A stretch of 57,353 nucleotides of DNA from Gallaecimonas xiamenensis 3-C-1. Lineage in GTDB: Bacteria; Pseudomonadota; Gammaproteobacteria; Enterobacterales; Gallaecimonadaceae. The stretch is from positions 1 through 57,353 of the forward strand of contig NZ_AMRI01000027.1 in assembly GCF_000299915.1 (NCBI RefSeq), in the 5' to 3' direction. Under the pieces are notes generated by a model. It searched no databases. It worked only from the letters and a program-made list of their open reading frames with translations, and was not told the origin of the DNA. Numbering within the stretch: position 1 is the stretch's first letter; the number at the start of each line of letters is the position of its first letter. Positions 48,042-57,326 of this stretch are shown here, one piece after another. The translations under genes were made by a program, and so were the position numbers.

Positions 48042-48511
48042 CAGTGTTGCCTCCCGCTACGCAGGTGGTCATAGCCGAAGAGCAGCATCAGCAGCCCCGA
48101 TAGCGGCACCACCGAATAGACCCAGCCCATTTCGATGCCCATGGCCGCCGACACCTGCTTAAGATCCAGGGTCAGGCGCACCAGCTTGTAGCCCCCCAGC
48201 ACCATCACCAGGGCGGCAAAGACCATCACCAGCAGGTGCACCAAGGCATCGATGCGCCGCTTCCAAGAGGCCCCGAGGCGGTCGGTCACCAGGCTAAGGC
48301 CCAGGTGGGCGCGGACCCGGTAGCCGTAGGCAGCCCCCAGCATACCCACCCAGATGAGCAGGAAGCGGGCCATTTCTTCGGTGGCGGAACTGGGGCTTTG
48401 CAGCACGTAACGGGACAATACCTGCCAGCTCACCACCAGCACTATGGCCCCCATGGCGGCGATAAGAACCCACTTGAGGGCGCTGTCGAGATGTCGGAAA
48501 AAGGCGTCCAT
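48041..48511 (-). CDS. dctQ: TRAP transporter small permease (DctQ family)
   Basis: 156 aa, 4 TM, translationally coupled to dctM. Confidence 0.75.
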   Translation of the reverse strand: MDAFFRHLDSALKWVLIAAMGAIVLVVSWQVLSRYVLQSPSSATEEMARFLLIWVGMLGAAYGYRVRAHLGLSLVTDRLGASWKRRIDALVHLLVMVFAALVMVLGGYKLVRLTLDLKQVSAAMGIEMGWVYSVVPLSGLLMLLFGYDHLRSGRQH

Positions 48512-48518
48512 CCTGTCC

Positions 48519-49496
48519 TCACATGGTCTTGATACGTTGCAGCAGGGCGCCGATGGCGGTGCCTTGGTAGCTGTCGTGTATGGGTTGCACCGCCGCCATA
48601 AAGGGGCCCTTGTCGGGGCGGATCACCTGCACCCCCTTGGCTTCCACCGCCTTGATGGCGTCGTCCGAGGCCTGCTGCCAGAGGTTTTTCTCAAAGACCA
48701 CAGAATCGTCCATGGCCTGGCGCAGCCATTTTTGTTGCTGGGGGTTGAGGCTGTCCCAGACCTTTTGGCTGGCCAGCACCACGTCCGGCACGAAGCTGTG
48801 CTCGTCCAGGCTGTAGTAAGGGGCTATCTCATAGTGGCGGGACAGGTAATAGCTGGGGGGGTTGTTCTCGGCGCCGTCCACCACCCCCTGTTGCAAAGCG
48901 GCGTAGAGCTCGCCCCAGGCAATGGGGGTAGCGGCGCCCCCCAGGGTATTGACCATCTTCACGGCGGTGGGGCTGTTCAGTAGCCTTATCTTCTTGCCCT
49001 TGAGATCCAGGGGATTTTGGATAAGCCCCTGGGTGCTGTAGAAGCTGCGGCTGCCGGCGTCGTAGTAGCCCAGGCCAATCAGGTGCGCCGGCCGGGTCTG
49101 GGCCAGCAGGTTCTGGCCGATGTCGCTGTCCAGCACCCGCCAGAACTGGTCGCGGTCCTTAAAGACATAGGGAATGGAAAAGAGCTGCATCTGAGGCACA
49201 AAACCCTCGAGGGTGCTGGCCGACACCTTGGTCATGGCCAGGCTGCCGATTTGCAACAGCTCCACCAGCTCCCGCTCGGTGCCCAACTGGCCGTTGGGGT
49301 AGATCATCAAGCGCATCTGGCCGCCGGAATAGAGTTCCAGGCGCTGGGCCATAAATTCCATGGACTGGTGCACCACATGCTGGGTGTCCAGGGTATGGGC
49401 CATCCGCAACACCGTGACCTGCGACTCCTTCTGACATCCCCCCAGGAGTAACAGGCCCAGTGCCACCGGTAGCAATCTGCCGATAAGGGCTCGCAT
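48519..49496 (-). CDS. dctP: TRAP transporter substrate-binding protein (DctP family), likely hexuronate/KDG specific
   Basis: Lipoprotein-type signal. DctP-family SBP. Confidence 0.8.
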   Translation of the reverse strand: MRALIGRLLPVALGLLLLGGCQKESQVTVLRMAHTLDTQHVVHQSMEFMAQRLELYSGGQMRLMIYPNGQLGTERELVELLQIGSLAMTKVSASTLEGFVPQMQLFSIPYVFKDRDQFWRVLDSDIGQNLLAQTRPAHLIGLGYYDAGSRSFYSTQGLIQNPLDLKGKKIRLLNSPTAVKMVNTLGGAATPIAWGELYAALQQGVVDGAENNPPSYYLSRHYEIAPYYSLDEHSFVPDVVLASQKVWDSLNPQQQKWLRQAMDDSVVFEKNLWQQASDDAIKAVEAKGVQVIRPDKGPFMAAVQPIHDSYQGTAIGALLQRIKTM

Positions 49497-49574
49497 AACA
49501 TTTCCCCATAGTGCAGCCCCTGCTGACAGGGCTGCCTTGCTGCTGACATTGCTTATCTTTGTTGTCTGGCGCCC

Positions 49575-50414
49575 TTAACGGAGGACGTCGGCCGGGAACT
49601 TGTCCATGTCGTCGTAATCGAGATTTTCACCGGCCATGCCCCAGATAAAGCTGTAACTCTGGGTACCGGCGCCGCAGTGAATGGACCAGGGCGGCGAGAT
49701 CACCGCCTGCTCGTTCTTGACCCAGATATGGCGGGTTTCGGTGGGCTCCCCCATGAAGTGGCAGACCCCCTGCCCCTGGGGCAGGCCGAAGTAGAAGTAC
49801 ACCTCGTTGCGCCTGTCGTGCTGGTGGGCCGGCATGGTGTTCCAGACACTGCCGCTGACCAGCTCGGTCAGGCCCATCTGCAACTGGCAGGTCTCAACCA
49901 CGCCATTGATAAGGAGCTGATTGATATAGCGCTCGTTGGCGGTTTCGCTGCTGCCAAGGTGCAAGACTTTGGCGTCGCACTTGCCCACTTTTTTATTGGG
50001 ATAGCGGGCGTGGGCCGGGGCGGCGTTGAGGTAAAAGCGGGCCGGGTTCTGCGCATCCAGGCTCTCAAAGGTCACAGACTCGTTGCCGGTACCCAGGTAG
50101 AGGGCCTCTTTGAAAGCCAGCTCAAAGGCGGTGCCGTCGGCAACAACCCGGCCGGGGCCGCCGACGTTGATGATGCCAAGCTCGCGCCGGTACAGGAAAA
50201 AAGGCGCCTTTAAGGGATCGATAGCCTCAAGGGCCAAAGGCGCGGCCACCGGCACGGCGCCCCCCACCATAAAGCGCTCGTAGTGGCTGTACACCCAGCG
50301 CACCTTGCCCGCCTCCATCAGCTCGCCGGCCAAAAAAGCGTCCCGAAGATCCTCGGTGTCCATGGCTTTGACTTCGTTCTTGCCTACCGCGTAGCGCACT
50401 TCATATTCGGTCAT
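49575..50414 (-). CDS. kduI: 5-dehydro-4-deoxy-D-glucuronate isomerase
   Basis: Full-length alignment to E. coli KduI (..QLQMGLTELVSGSVWNTMPAHQHDRRNEVYFYF..). Confidence 0.9.
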   Translation of the reverse strand: MTEYEVRYAVGKNEVKAMDTEDLRDAFLAGELMEAGKVRWVYSHYERFMVGGAVPVAAPLALEAIDPLKAPFFLYRRELGIINVGGPGRVVADGTAFELAFKEALYLGTGNESVTFESLDAQNPARFYLNAAPAHARYPNKKVGKCDAKVLHLGSSETANERYINQLLINGVVETCQLQMGLTELVSGSVWNTMPAHQHDRRNEVYFYFGLPQGQGVCHFMGEPTETRHIWVKNEQAVISPPWSIHCGAGTQSYSFIWGMAGENLDYDDMDKFPADVLR

Positions 50415-50425
50415 GGTTCTCTCCG

Positions 50426-51175
50426 TTATCGGGCCAGCCAGCCGCCATCCACGGCCAGGATATGGCCGTTGACATAGTCACTGGCCTTGGAAGCCAGAAA
50501 CACCACGGCCCCTTTTAAATCATCTGGGTTACCCCAACGGCCGGCGGGGATGCGCTTTTCGATCTCGCTGCTGCGCTCGGCATCGTCCTGCAGGGCCTGG
50601 GTGTTGTCGGTGCGAAAATAGCCGGGGGCAATGGCGTTGACCTGGATGCCGTGTTGGCCCCACTCGTTGGCCAGGGCCTTGGTCAGGCCGGCAATGGCAT
50701 GTTTGGAGGCGGTGTAGGCCGGCACCCGGATACCGCCGCTGTAGGACAGCATGGAGGCGATATTCACTATCTTGCCGCTGCCCTTGGTCACCATGGCCCG
50801 GCCCAGCAGTTGGCTGAGCTGGAAGGCGGCGTTGAGGTTGACCTTGATCACGGCGTCGAAGGCGTCCAGGGGAAAGTCCAGGGCCGCTTCCCGGTAGATA
50901 CAGCCGCCGTTGTTGACCAGTACGTCAACCGGGCCTGCGGCCAGGGCCTGTTCCGCCAGGGCCTGCACCGCCTGGCTGTCCCCCAGATCGGCGGCCAGGG
51001 CCCGGGCTTTGCCACCGAGGGCAAGGATTTTGGCAACCGTGTCATCACAGCCCCCTTCCCTGGAACTGGCACAGATCACCTCGGCACCGTTTTCGGCCAA
51101 TCCCAGAGCCATGGCCTGGCCCAATCCTCGGCTGGCCCCCGTTACCAGGGCTCGTTTTCCGTTCAGCGCAAACAT
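50426..51175 (-). CDS. kduD: 2-dehydro-3-deoxy-D-gluconate 5-dehydrogenase
   Basis: SDR with near-identity of pattern to E. coli KduD (..IVNIASMLSYSGGIRVPAYTASK..). Confidence 0.85.
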   Translation of the reverse strand: MFALNGKRALVTGASRGLGQAMALGLAENGAEVICASSREGGCDDTVAKILALGGKARALAADLGDSQAVQALAEQALAAGPVDVLVNNGGCIYREAALDFPLDAFDAVIKVNLNAAFQLSQLLGRAMVTKGSGKIVNIASMLSYSGGIRVPAYTASKHAIAGLTKALANEWGQHGIQVNAIAPGYFRTDNTQALQDDAERSSEIEKRIPAGRWGNPDDLKGAVVFLASKASDYVNGHILAVDGGWLAR

Positions 51176-51268
51176 GCAGCCACTCCCCACAGATAAAAAT
51201 AAACATTAAAAATCAAACTCTTAACCAAGAGCATCTAAGAGGCATCGGCCCTGTGGCCGTTATTCAGA

Positions 51269-51290
51269 TATGAAATTTTTTTCACTTTCA
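51269..51290. promoter_or_regulatory. candidate KdgR-type operator (TGAAA..TTTCA half-sites) in the kduD/TonB-receptor divergent region
   Basis: ATGAAATTTTTTTCACTTTCA. Loose match to the enterobacterial KdgR box AAATGAAACAnTGTTTCATTT. Confidence 0.25.
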
Positions 51291-51489
51291 GCCTCTTTCC
51301 CTTAAGGTAAAGCTTTGACCTTTACGTAACAGTAATTACACATATAACCATGGTTTGTCATGGGTTGCCGAGAATGTCAACCAAATCATGCCACCGGTGG
51401 CAAACCAGATAACAGCCTGGTTCACATATAAACCGTAAGCAGCAAAACCAGGCTTTGAAGGGCAGTGTCACTTTAGGGGGAATAACCGA

Positions 51490-54231
51490 ATGCAGCCCAA
51501 GTTCAAACTGAATCGTATTGTGTCCAGCCTGTTGCTGGCCGGCTGTAGCTGGAGCCTGGCGGCACCGTTGGCCCTGGCCGCAGAAAGCGACCCGGCCCCG
51601 GCCGCCAATGACGACATGGAAGTGATAGAAGTGACCGGCTACCGAGCCAGTCTGAACCGTTCGATGCTGGACAAGCGTGCCGCCGTCGGTTCCAAAGAAA
51701 GCATCATGGCCGAAGATATCGGCAAGTTCCCGGATCTTAACGTGGCAGAAGCCCTGCAGCGGGTACCGGGGATCACCATCACCCGCGAAGCGGGGGAAGG
51801 TCGCCAGGTGTCCTTGCGGGGCCTGGGGCCCAAGTTCACCCGGGTCACCATCAACGGCATGGACTCGGCCGCCGCCACCGGTGGCTCCGACGCCTCCGGC
51901 AGCGTCAACACCAGCCGCGCCTTTGACTTCAACATCTTTGCCTCTGAGCTCTTTAAGCAGGTGGATGTGTACAAGACCCCGGAAGCGTCCCGCAACGTCG
52001 GCCTGGCCGGCGCCATCAACATGCGCACCGCCCGCCCCTTTGACTTTGACGGCTTCAAAGCCGCCCTGTCCCTCAAAGGCGCCTACTCGGAACTGCCGGA
52101 CAAGACCGACCCCAGGGGGGCGTTTTTGATCTCCGACACCTTTGCCGACGACACCCTGGGCGCCCTGTTCTCTGTAGCCTACTCGGAAAGGTCCATCCGC
52201 GAAGAAGGCCACACCACGGTGCGTTGGCAGCGCAACAACTTTTCCGCCGTGGGGGCCAATGCCAATGGCGAACTGAACGGGGCCTTCTACCCCCGCTTCC
52301 CCCGGGCCACCGGGGTGCTGAACGAGCAGGAACGCCTGGGGGTCACCGCCTCCTTGCAGTACCGCCCCAACGACAAGGTGGAAATGACCCTGGACCTGCT
52401 CCACGCCGAGCTCAACAACGACCGGGACGAGTTCCAGTTCTCGGCGCCCCTGTCCAAGAACACCTCCAGGATCACCCCGGTAGCGGCGGTATTGAACGGC
52501 GACGAGATAGTGGCAGGCAAGTTCGAGCATGTATCTACGGTGTCGGAGTATCGCCGTGACCGCATGGAAACCGAATTCGACCAAATCAGCTTCAATACCG
52601 ACTGGCAAATCACCGACGACCTCAAGGCCAACATCCTGCTGGGCTACGGGGACTCCACCTATAAGAACCCCCTGCAAAACACCGTCGGTATCGCCAACAA
52701 CGACAGCACCTTCTCCTACAGCTACGCCAGCAATGTCGATGTGAACAACATCGTCAGCGGTACGGCGGTGCGCGACATGGATATGCCCAACATGGTGTGG
52801 GGTTTTGATACCACGGACCCGGGCAATTACGAGGTGGACCTGATGCGGGTGCGCTCCACCAAGACCGACAACTCCAACAAGGTGGCTGAGTTCAACTTCA
52901 CCTATCTGGGCAAGGACGACGCCAAGCTGCACTTCGGTGCCGGCTACCGCAAATTCGAGATGGAGTTTCGGGACTATCGCAACAGTGGCGAGAACAACTT
53001 CGACGGCGACACCGTCACCGGCGATATGGCTTACCTGTTGCCCCTGGGTGGCTACGGCGACGGCCTGGACCCCACCTACTTCCCCAACGAAAGCAACTGG
53101 CTGACGCCCAACTACGACGCCTTTATGGATCTGTACATGGGCCAGCCCGGCACCGAGATGGAGCTGTCCGGCCAGCGCTCCTTCGGGGTGTCTGAAACCG
53201 TCTACACCGGTTATGTGCAGTTCGACAACATCTCCACCTTCCTGGGCAAGACCCTGCGCTACAACTTCGGCCTGCGCGCCGAGCGCACCAAGACCACCTC
53301 CGACACCTATGTGGGCGGTGACGTGGATGCCTTCGTCAACTTTGAAAACTACTACACCGACGTGCTGCCCTCGGCCAACTTCGCCCTGGACATCACCGAC
53401 GATCTGGTGGGCCGCCTGTCCATGGCCAAGGCCATTACCCGCCCCAGCCTCGGCAGCCTGGCCGGCGCAGTCAACCCCAGCTCGGTCAACCAGAAAGTCA
53501 GTTCCGGTAATCCCAGCCTGGAGCCGTTCCGCGCCAACCAGGTCGACCTGGGCCTGGAGTGGTACATGGAAGACGAAGGCATGTTGGCCGGCAGCGTCTT
53601 CTACAAAGATATCGAGCAGTGGATCAGCACCGAGACCTCAAGCCGCCTGCTGACCGCCTCGGAAATCGCCGAGTACAACCTGGACACCAGCTACTTCAAC
53701 CCGGCCACCGACCAGTTTGCCTTCACCAATCCGGTGAACTCTCCCGGCTTTGACATCCTCGGCTACGAGTTCATCTACCAGCAGCCCTTCAGCTTCCTGC
53801 CGGGCTTGTTGAAAAACTTCGGGGTGGTGACCAACTTCACCTATGTGGATGCCAAGACCGACTACGAAAAAGAGGACGGCGTCTTTGACTCGGCCCCCAT
53901 CACCGGGCTGTCCAAGATCAGCTACAACGCCACCCTCTACTACGAAACCGATGTTTACGGTGCCCGCCTGTCCTACAACTACCGGGACAAGTACCTCAAC
54001 AACCTGGGTACCACCAGCAACAACGGCAACGACTCCAACGGCTTTAAAGATGTGGGCTACTTGGACTTCTCGGCCTTCTACAACATCAATGAAAACCTCT
54101 CCATCAGCCTGGAGGCCATCAACCTCACCGACGAGTACAGCTTCTTCTGGGTCGACCGGGACGCCCAGCGCCCCTACGAAGTGCTGCACACCGGCCGTCA
54201 ATACTTCCTGGGCCTAAGGGCCACTTTCTAA
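51490..54231 (+). CDS. TonB-dependent outer-membrane receptor (probable oligogalacturonide transporter)
   Basis: Signal peptide, TonB box EVIEVTG, plug domain, long barrel, C-terminal ..LGLRATF. Confidence 0.85.
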   Translation: MQPKFKLNRIVSSLLLAGCSWSLAAPLALAAESDPAPAANDDMEVIEVTGYRASLNRSMLDKRAAVGSKESIMAEDIGKFPDLNVAEALQRVPGITITREAGEGRQVSLRGLGPKFTRVTINGMDSAAATGGSDASGSVNTSRAFDFNIFASELFKQVDVYKTPEASRNVGLAGAINMRTARPFDFDGFKAALSLKGAYSELPDKTDPRGAFLISDTFADDTLGALFSVAYSERSIREEGHTTVRWQRNNFSAVGANANGELNGAFYPRFPRATGVLNEQERLGVTASLQYRPNDKVEMTLDLLHAELNNDRDEFQFSAPLSKNTSRITPVAAVLNGDEIVAGKFEHVSTVSEYRRDRMETEFDQISFNTDWQITDDLKANILLGYGDSTYKNPLQNTVGIANNDSTFSYSYASNVDVNNIVSGTAVRDMDMPNMVWGFDTTDPGNYEVDLMRVRSTKTDNSNKVAEFNFTYLGKDDAKLHFGAGYRKFEMEFRDYRNSGENNFDGDTVTGDMAYLLPLGGYGDGLDPTYFPNESNWLTPNYDAFMDLYMGQPGTEMELSGQRSFGVSETVYTGYVQFDNISTFLGKTLRYNFGLRAERTKTTSDTYVGGDVDAFVNFENYYTDVLPSANFALDITDDLVGRLSMAKAITRPSLGSLAGAVNPSSVNQKVSSGNPSLEPFRANQVDLGLEWYMEDEGMLAGSVFYKDIEQWISTETSSRLLTASEIAEYNLDTSYFNPATDQFAFTNPVNSPGFDILGYEFIYQQPFSFLPGLLKNFGVVTNFTYVDAKTDYEKEDGVFDSAPITGLSKISYNATLYYETDVYGARLSYNYRDKYLNNLGTTSNNGNDSNGFKDVGYLDFSAFYNINENLSISLEAINLTDEYSFFWVDRDAQRPYEVLHTGRQYFLGLRATF

Positions 54232-54277
54232 GCCTTATGGGGGAGCTTGCTCCCCCTTTTTTCAATGGAGTAGATGT

Positions 54278-55486
54278 ATGGATTGCAAAGCCTTCAGCCT
54301 CGCCGTGCTGGCCCTGGCCACAGCCCCGGCCATGGCCGCCGCGCCGCTGTTGACCCTGACCGTTCACAACCCCAACCCCAAGCCCCTGTCCCAGGTGCTG
54401 GAAGTGCCCCTGGCCGGCCACAGCCTGCCGGCCATGCTCAAAAGCGATGGCGGCGACGTTGACCTCCAGGACAAGGACGGTGACGGCAAGGCCGATACCC
54501 TGCTGATTTGGCTGGCGCTGCCGGCCAAGGGCCAGCAGACCATCAATATCAGCCAGGGCAACGCCAAACCTATCGCCCGCACCCATGCCGAGCTGTCGGT
54601 GCGCCAGAGGGGCCAATGGCAGGGCCAAAAGTACGTCGCCGACGGCTTTACCTTTAAAGAGGCCGACCATTACCAAACCCCGCCGCAGCTGACCGACCAC
54701 TCCTTCTACCTGCGCTACGAAGGGCCGGGCTGGGAAAGCGACAAGATTGGCTACCGCCTCTATCTGGATTGGCGTAACGCCTCGGACGTATTCGGCAAAC
54801 GCACCAGCGATATGGTGCTTCAAGACGTGGGCCAGGACGGCTACGAAAGCTACCACCACTTAAGTGACTGGGGCATGGACGTGCTCAAGGTGGGTAAATC
54901 CTTAGGCATCGGCTCCCTGGGCCGCCTCACAGACCAGGGCGTGGCCCATTTCGAGCAGGTGAAAGACAGCCGCTATGCCCTGGAAAAGGACGGCGGCCTG
55001 CGCTCGGCCTTCAAGGTCCATTATCAAGGCTGGGAGGTGGCCGGGGAAAACCTGGATGTGGACAGCCGCTACCAGATTGACGCCGGCAGCCACGCCAGCC
55101 AAGTGACGGTCAGCACCCGCCCTGCCACCCAAAACCTGGTCACCGGCCTGGTTAAGCTCCCCGCCACCGAGCTGTTAAAAGGCGGCAGCGGCGATTGGCA
55201 CTACCTGGCGACCTGGGGCAAGCAGAGCCTGTCCGGTAAGGACGATAACCTGGGCCTGGCGCTTTTTTATAAGGGCAGCGAGGTAGCCCAGGTCAGCGAA
55301 GGCGAGCACGACCACCTGCTGCGCTTTAAGGCCACAGACAAGCCCATTCATTACTACCTGATGAGCTACTGGCCGGATCCGGCCAAGGCCGGCCCAGGGG
55401 ATGCGGCCCAGTTCAAGGCGCTTTTAACCGAGCAACTAACCCGCCTGGCCAGCCCCTTGCAGGTGACGCAGGTTAGCTGGCACTGA
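54278..55486 (+). CDS. DUF4861-family secreted protein (pectin-locus associated)
   Basis: Signal peptide. 402 aa. Located in a pectin utilization locus, as is typical for DUF4861. Confidence 0.55.
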   Translation: MDCKAFSLAVLALATAPAMAAAPLLTLTVHNPNPKPLSQVLEVPLAGHSLPAMLKSDGGDVDLQDKDGDGKADTLLIWLALPAKGQQTINISQGNAKPIARTHAELSVRQRGQWQGQKYVADGFTFKEADHYQTPPQLTDHSFYLRYEGPGWESDKIGYRLYLDWRNASDVFGKRTSDMVLQDVGQDGYESYHHLSDWGMDVLKVGKSLGIGSLGRLTDQGVAHFEQVKDSRYALEKDGGLRSAFKVHYQGWEVAGENLDVDSRYQIDAGSHASQVTVSTRPATQNLVTGLVKLPATELLKGGSGDWHYLATWGKQSLSGKDDNLGLALFYKGSEVAQVSEGEHDHLLRFKATDKPIHYYLMSYWPDPAKAGPGDAAQFKALLTEQLTRLASPLQVTQVSWH

Positions 55487-55490
55487 CCAT

Positions 55491-55519
55491 AAAAAAGCCC
55501 CCTGGCGGGGGCTTATTTC
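55491..55519. terminator. bidirectional Rho-independent terminator
   Basis: AAAAAAGCCCCC-tgg-CGGGGGCTTATTT between convergent genes. Confidence 0.6.
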
Positions 55520-56894
55520 ATCCGTCCAGCTTTTCTGCAAAAGCGGCGGCGTACTTGCGTGTTTTCTTGTAAACCGAGTGGACCGCCATGTCTTCCAACA
55601 ACGGCTGAAAGCTCTTGTTCTCGGAGTTGCCAAGGATGCGGCAGATCCAAGCGTAGAAGTTATCCTGCTTTTGGAAGCGAAAGCGGTTGATACGTGCTTC
55701 GTTATCGAGGATCTGGCTCAGCTGGGCCAACAAGTAGGGGTTTTTGCCATAGTTGCGGGCAATGTCCTTGATGGCATACATACGCTGGTCGTCGTCGCCG
55801 CTGCGCAGCATGTTGGATAGCTGGTTACCACGCCAATCCAGGGAAGGGTCCATGGTCGACACGTTATGGATCTTCTTGGCCAGAGTGATGTGGTAATCCA
55901 TCTGCAACAGGTAACGCTGGCCGTATTTCTGTAAGGACTCGCTAGCGCCCTTATCAGCCACCAACTGCACTGTCGGCCTATATTGCTCCAAACCTGACAG
56001 CGCCAATGCCTTCAGAGCCCAGGTTGCTTCTTCAAGCGCATCAGGGTCGCTGCTCTGATAGTTGTCCAGCACCTGCTTTTGTACCAGGCCATAGAGGGCA
56101 TCGCTGTTGAGCCACACCTTCAGCAGGGATTTATCGGTATCGATTCTCTGGTCGCGGTCGGTGCTGTTAAGACCGGCAATGAAAGGCGCGCTGACATCGG
56201 CGGGAATGTAATCGGGTGACGCAAGGCCTACCGGCCGAATTTCTGCAGCTTTGGCCTGTTCACTGCGGGACTGGCGCTTGGCCAAGATGGCAGCCTTGTC
56301 CATGCCCTTGGTCTTAAAAGTAAAAGCATCGGCATCGTATTGGCGGTCATGCTTAATGTTTTTAACCACCTCGTTTACGATGGCTGCCAGGTAATGGTAT
56401 TCCAGTTTGGCGTCATCCGAGAACAGGCCACTAAGGGGTACTGTCGTGACAAGATTATTGCCATTGTGGGCGTCAAATACCGGGCTAACTTGCTGGAACA
56501 GCATGTCCTCACCGAGATAATGCTTGTCGACAAACTGCATGGTGGGGTTGACCATCTTGTCGAGTGGGAAGGGGGTTTCGTCCCCGACAAAGCGTTGTTG
56601 GTAGTCGATAAAGATGTCCAAGTCCACCACATTGACATCATCTTTATCTGCCAACAGCCCTTCTTTTTCCAGGCAGTACATCAGATATTCCCTGGCCAAG
56701 GCTTTGCCCTGTTCTTCCGGCAGCATGCGCTTGCCAAGACGGTCGAAGGACTTGGAGATGTCCATATCGAACTGGCGAACCTGGTACTTGATGGTGGTAT
56801 CGCTATGGGGATAACGCGGCTTGTCGACTTTATTACTGGCACAACCTGACAGCAGGGCCGCTGCCAGCAATGACACTGAAACTATCCTTAACAT
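55518..56894 (-). CDS. hypothetical lipoprotein (lower GC than surroundings)
   Basis: Lipobox LLSGCAS. 458 aa. ~50% GC. Confidence 0.5.
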   Translation of the reverse strand: MLRIVSVSLLAAALLSGCASNKVDKPRYPHSDTTIKYQVRQFDMDISKSFDRLGKRMLPEEQGKALAREYLMYCLEKEGLLADKDDVNVVDLDIFIDYQQRFVGDETPFPLDKMVNPTMQFVDKHYLGEDMLFQQVSPVFDAHNGNNLVTTVPLSGLFSDDAKLEYHYLAAIVNEVVKNIKHDRQYDADAFTFKTKGMDKAAILAKRQSRSEQAKAAEIRPVGLASPDYIPADVSAPFIAGLNSTDRDQRIDTDKSLLKVWLNSDALYGLVQKQVLDNYQSSDPDALEEATWALKALALSGLEQYRPTVQLVADKGASESLQKYGQRYLLQMDYHITLAKKIHNVSTMDPSLDWRGNQLSNMLRSGDDDQRMYAIKDIARNYGKNPYLLAQLSQILDNEARINRFRFQKQDNFYAWICRILGNSENKSFQPLLEDMAVHSVYKKTRKYAAAFAEKLDG

Positions 56895-57104
56895 CTTTCC
56901 TTGCCTTTGTGGTTGTAGTGGTACGGCCCCGCCCGGCTTGGCAGCACCGGACCGAGGAACTTAAACCTCTACTAGGCGACTTAACAGGAAATTATTATTA
57001 GAATGCCTTATGACATTTTCGGCTCTCTGTCGGCCAGACAGTGAGCAGGAATCAGGCTCTTGCCTAAATAGTCGACAAACAGTCCCAGTCTGGGTGCTAA
57101 ACCG

Positions 57105-57133
57105 TTGACGCTATGCTTTGGTGTCGGCATAAT
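57105..57133 (+). promoter_or_regulatory. sigma-70 promoter of the tRNA operon with GC-rich discriminator (stringent type)
   Basis: TTGACG, 17 nt spacer, CATAAT, then TCGCGCC discriminator, ~18 nt before tRNA-Met. Confidence 0.55.
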
Positions 57134-57151
57134 TCGCGCCGTTCACACGAT

Positions 57152-57228
57152 GGCTATGTAGCTCAGTTGGTTAGAGCACATCACTCATAATGATGGGGTC
57201 GCAGGTTCAAACCCCGCCATAGCCACCA
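57152..57228 (+). tRNA. tRNA-Met (elongator, anticodon CAU)
   Basis: GGCTATGTAGCTCAGTTGGTTAGAGCACATCACTCATAATGATGGGGTCGCAGGTTCAAACCCCGCCATAGCCACCA. Near-identical to E. coli metT. Confidence 0.9.
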
Positions 57229-57236
57229 TGAACAAT

Positions 57237-57321
57237 GCGGAAGTGGCGAAATTGGTAGACGCACCAGATTTAGGTTCTGGCGCCGCGAGGCGTGAGAGTT
57301 CAAGTCTCTCCTTCCGCACCA
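57237..57321 (+). tRNA. tRNA-Leu (anticodon UAG)
   Basis: GCGGAAGTGGCGAAATTGGTAGACGCACCAGATTTAGGTTCTGG..CCGCACCA. Long variable arm. Matches E. coli leuW. Confidence 0.9.
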
Positions 57322-57326
57322 TCTGT

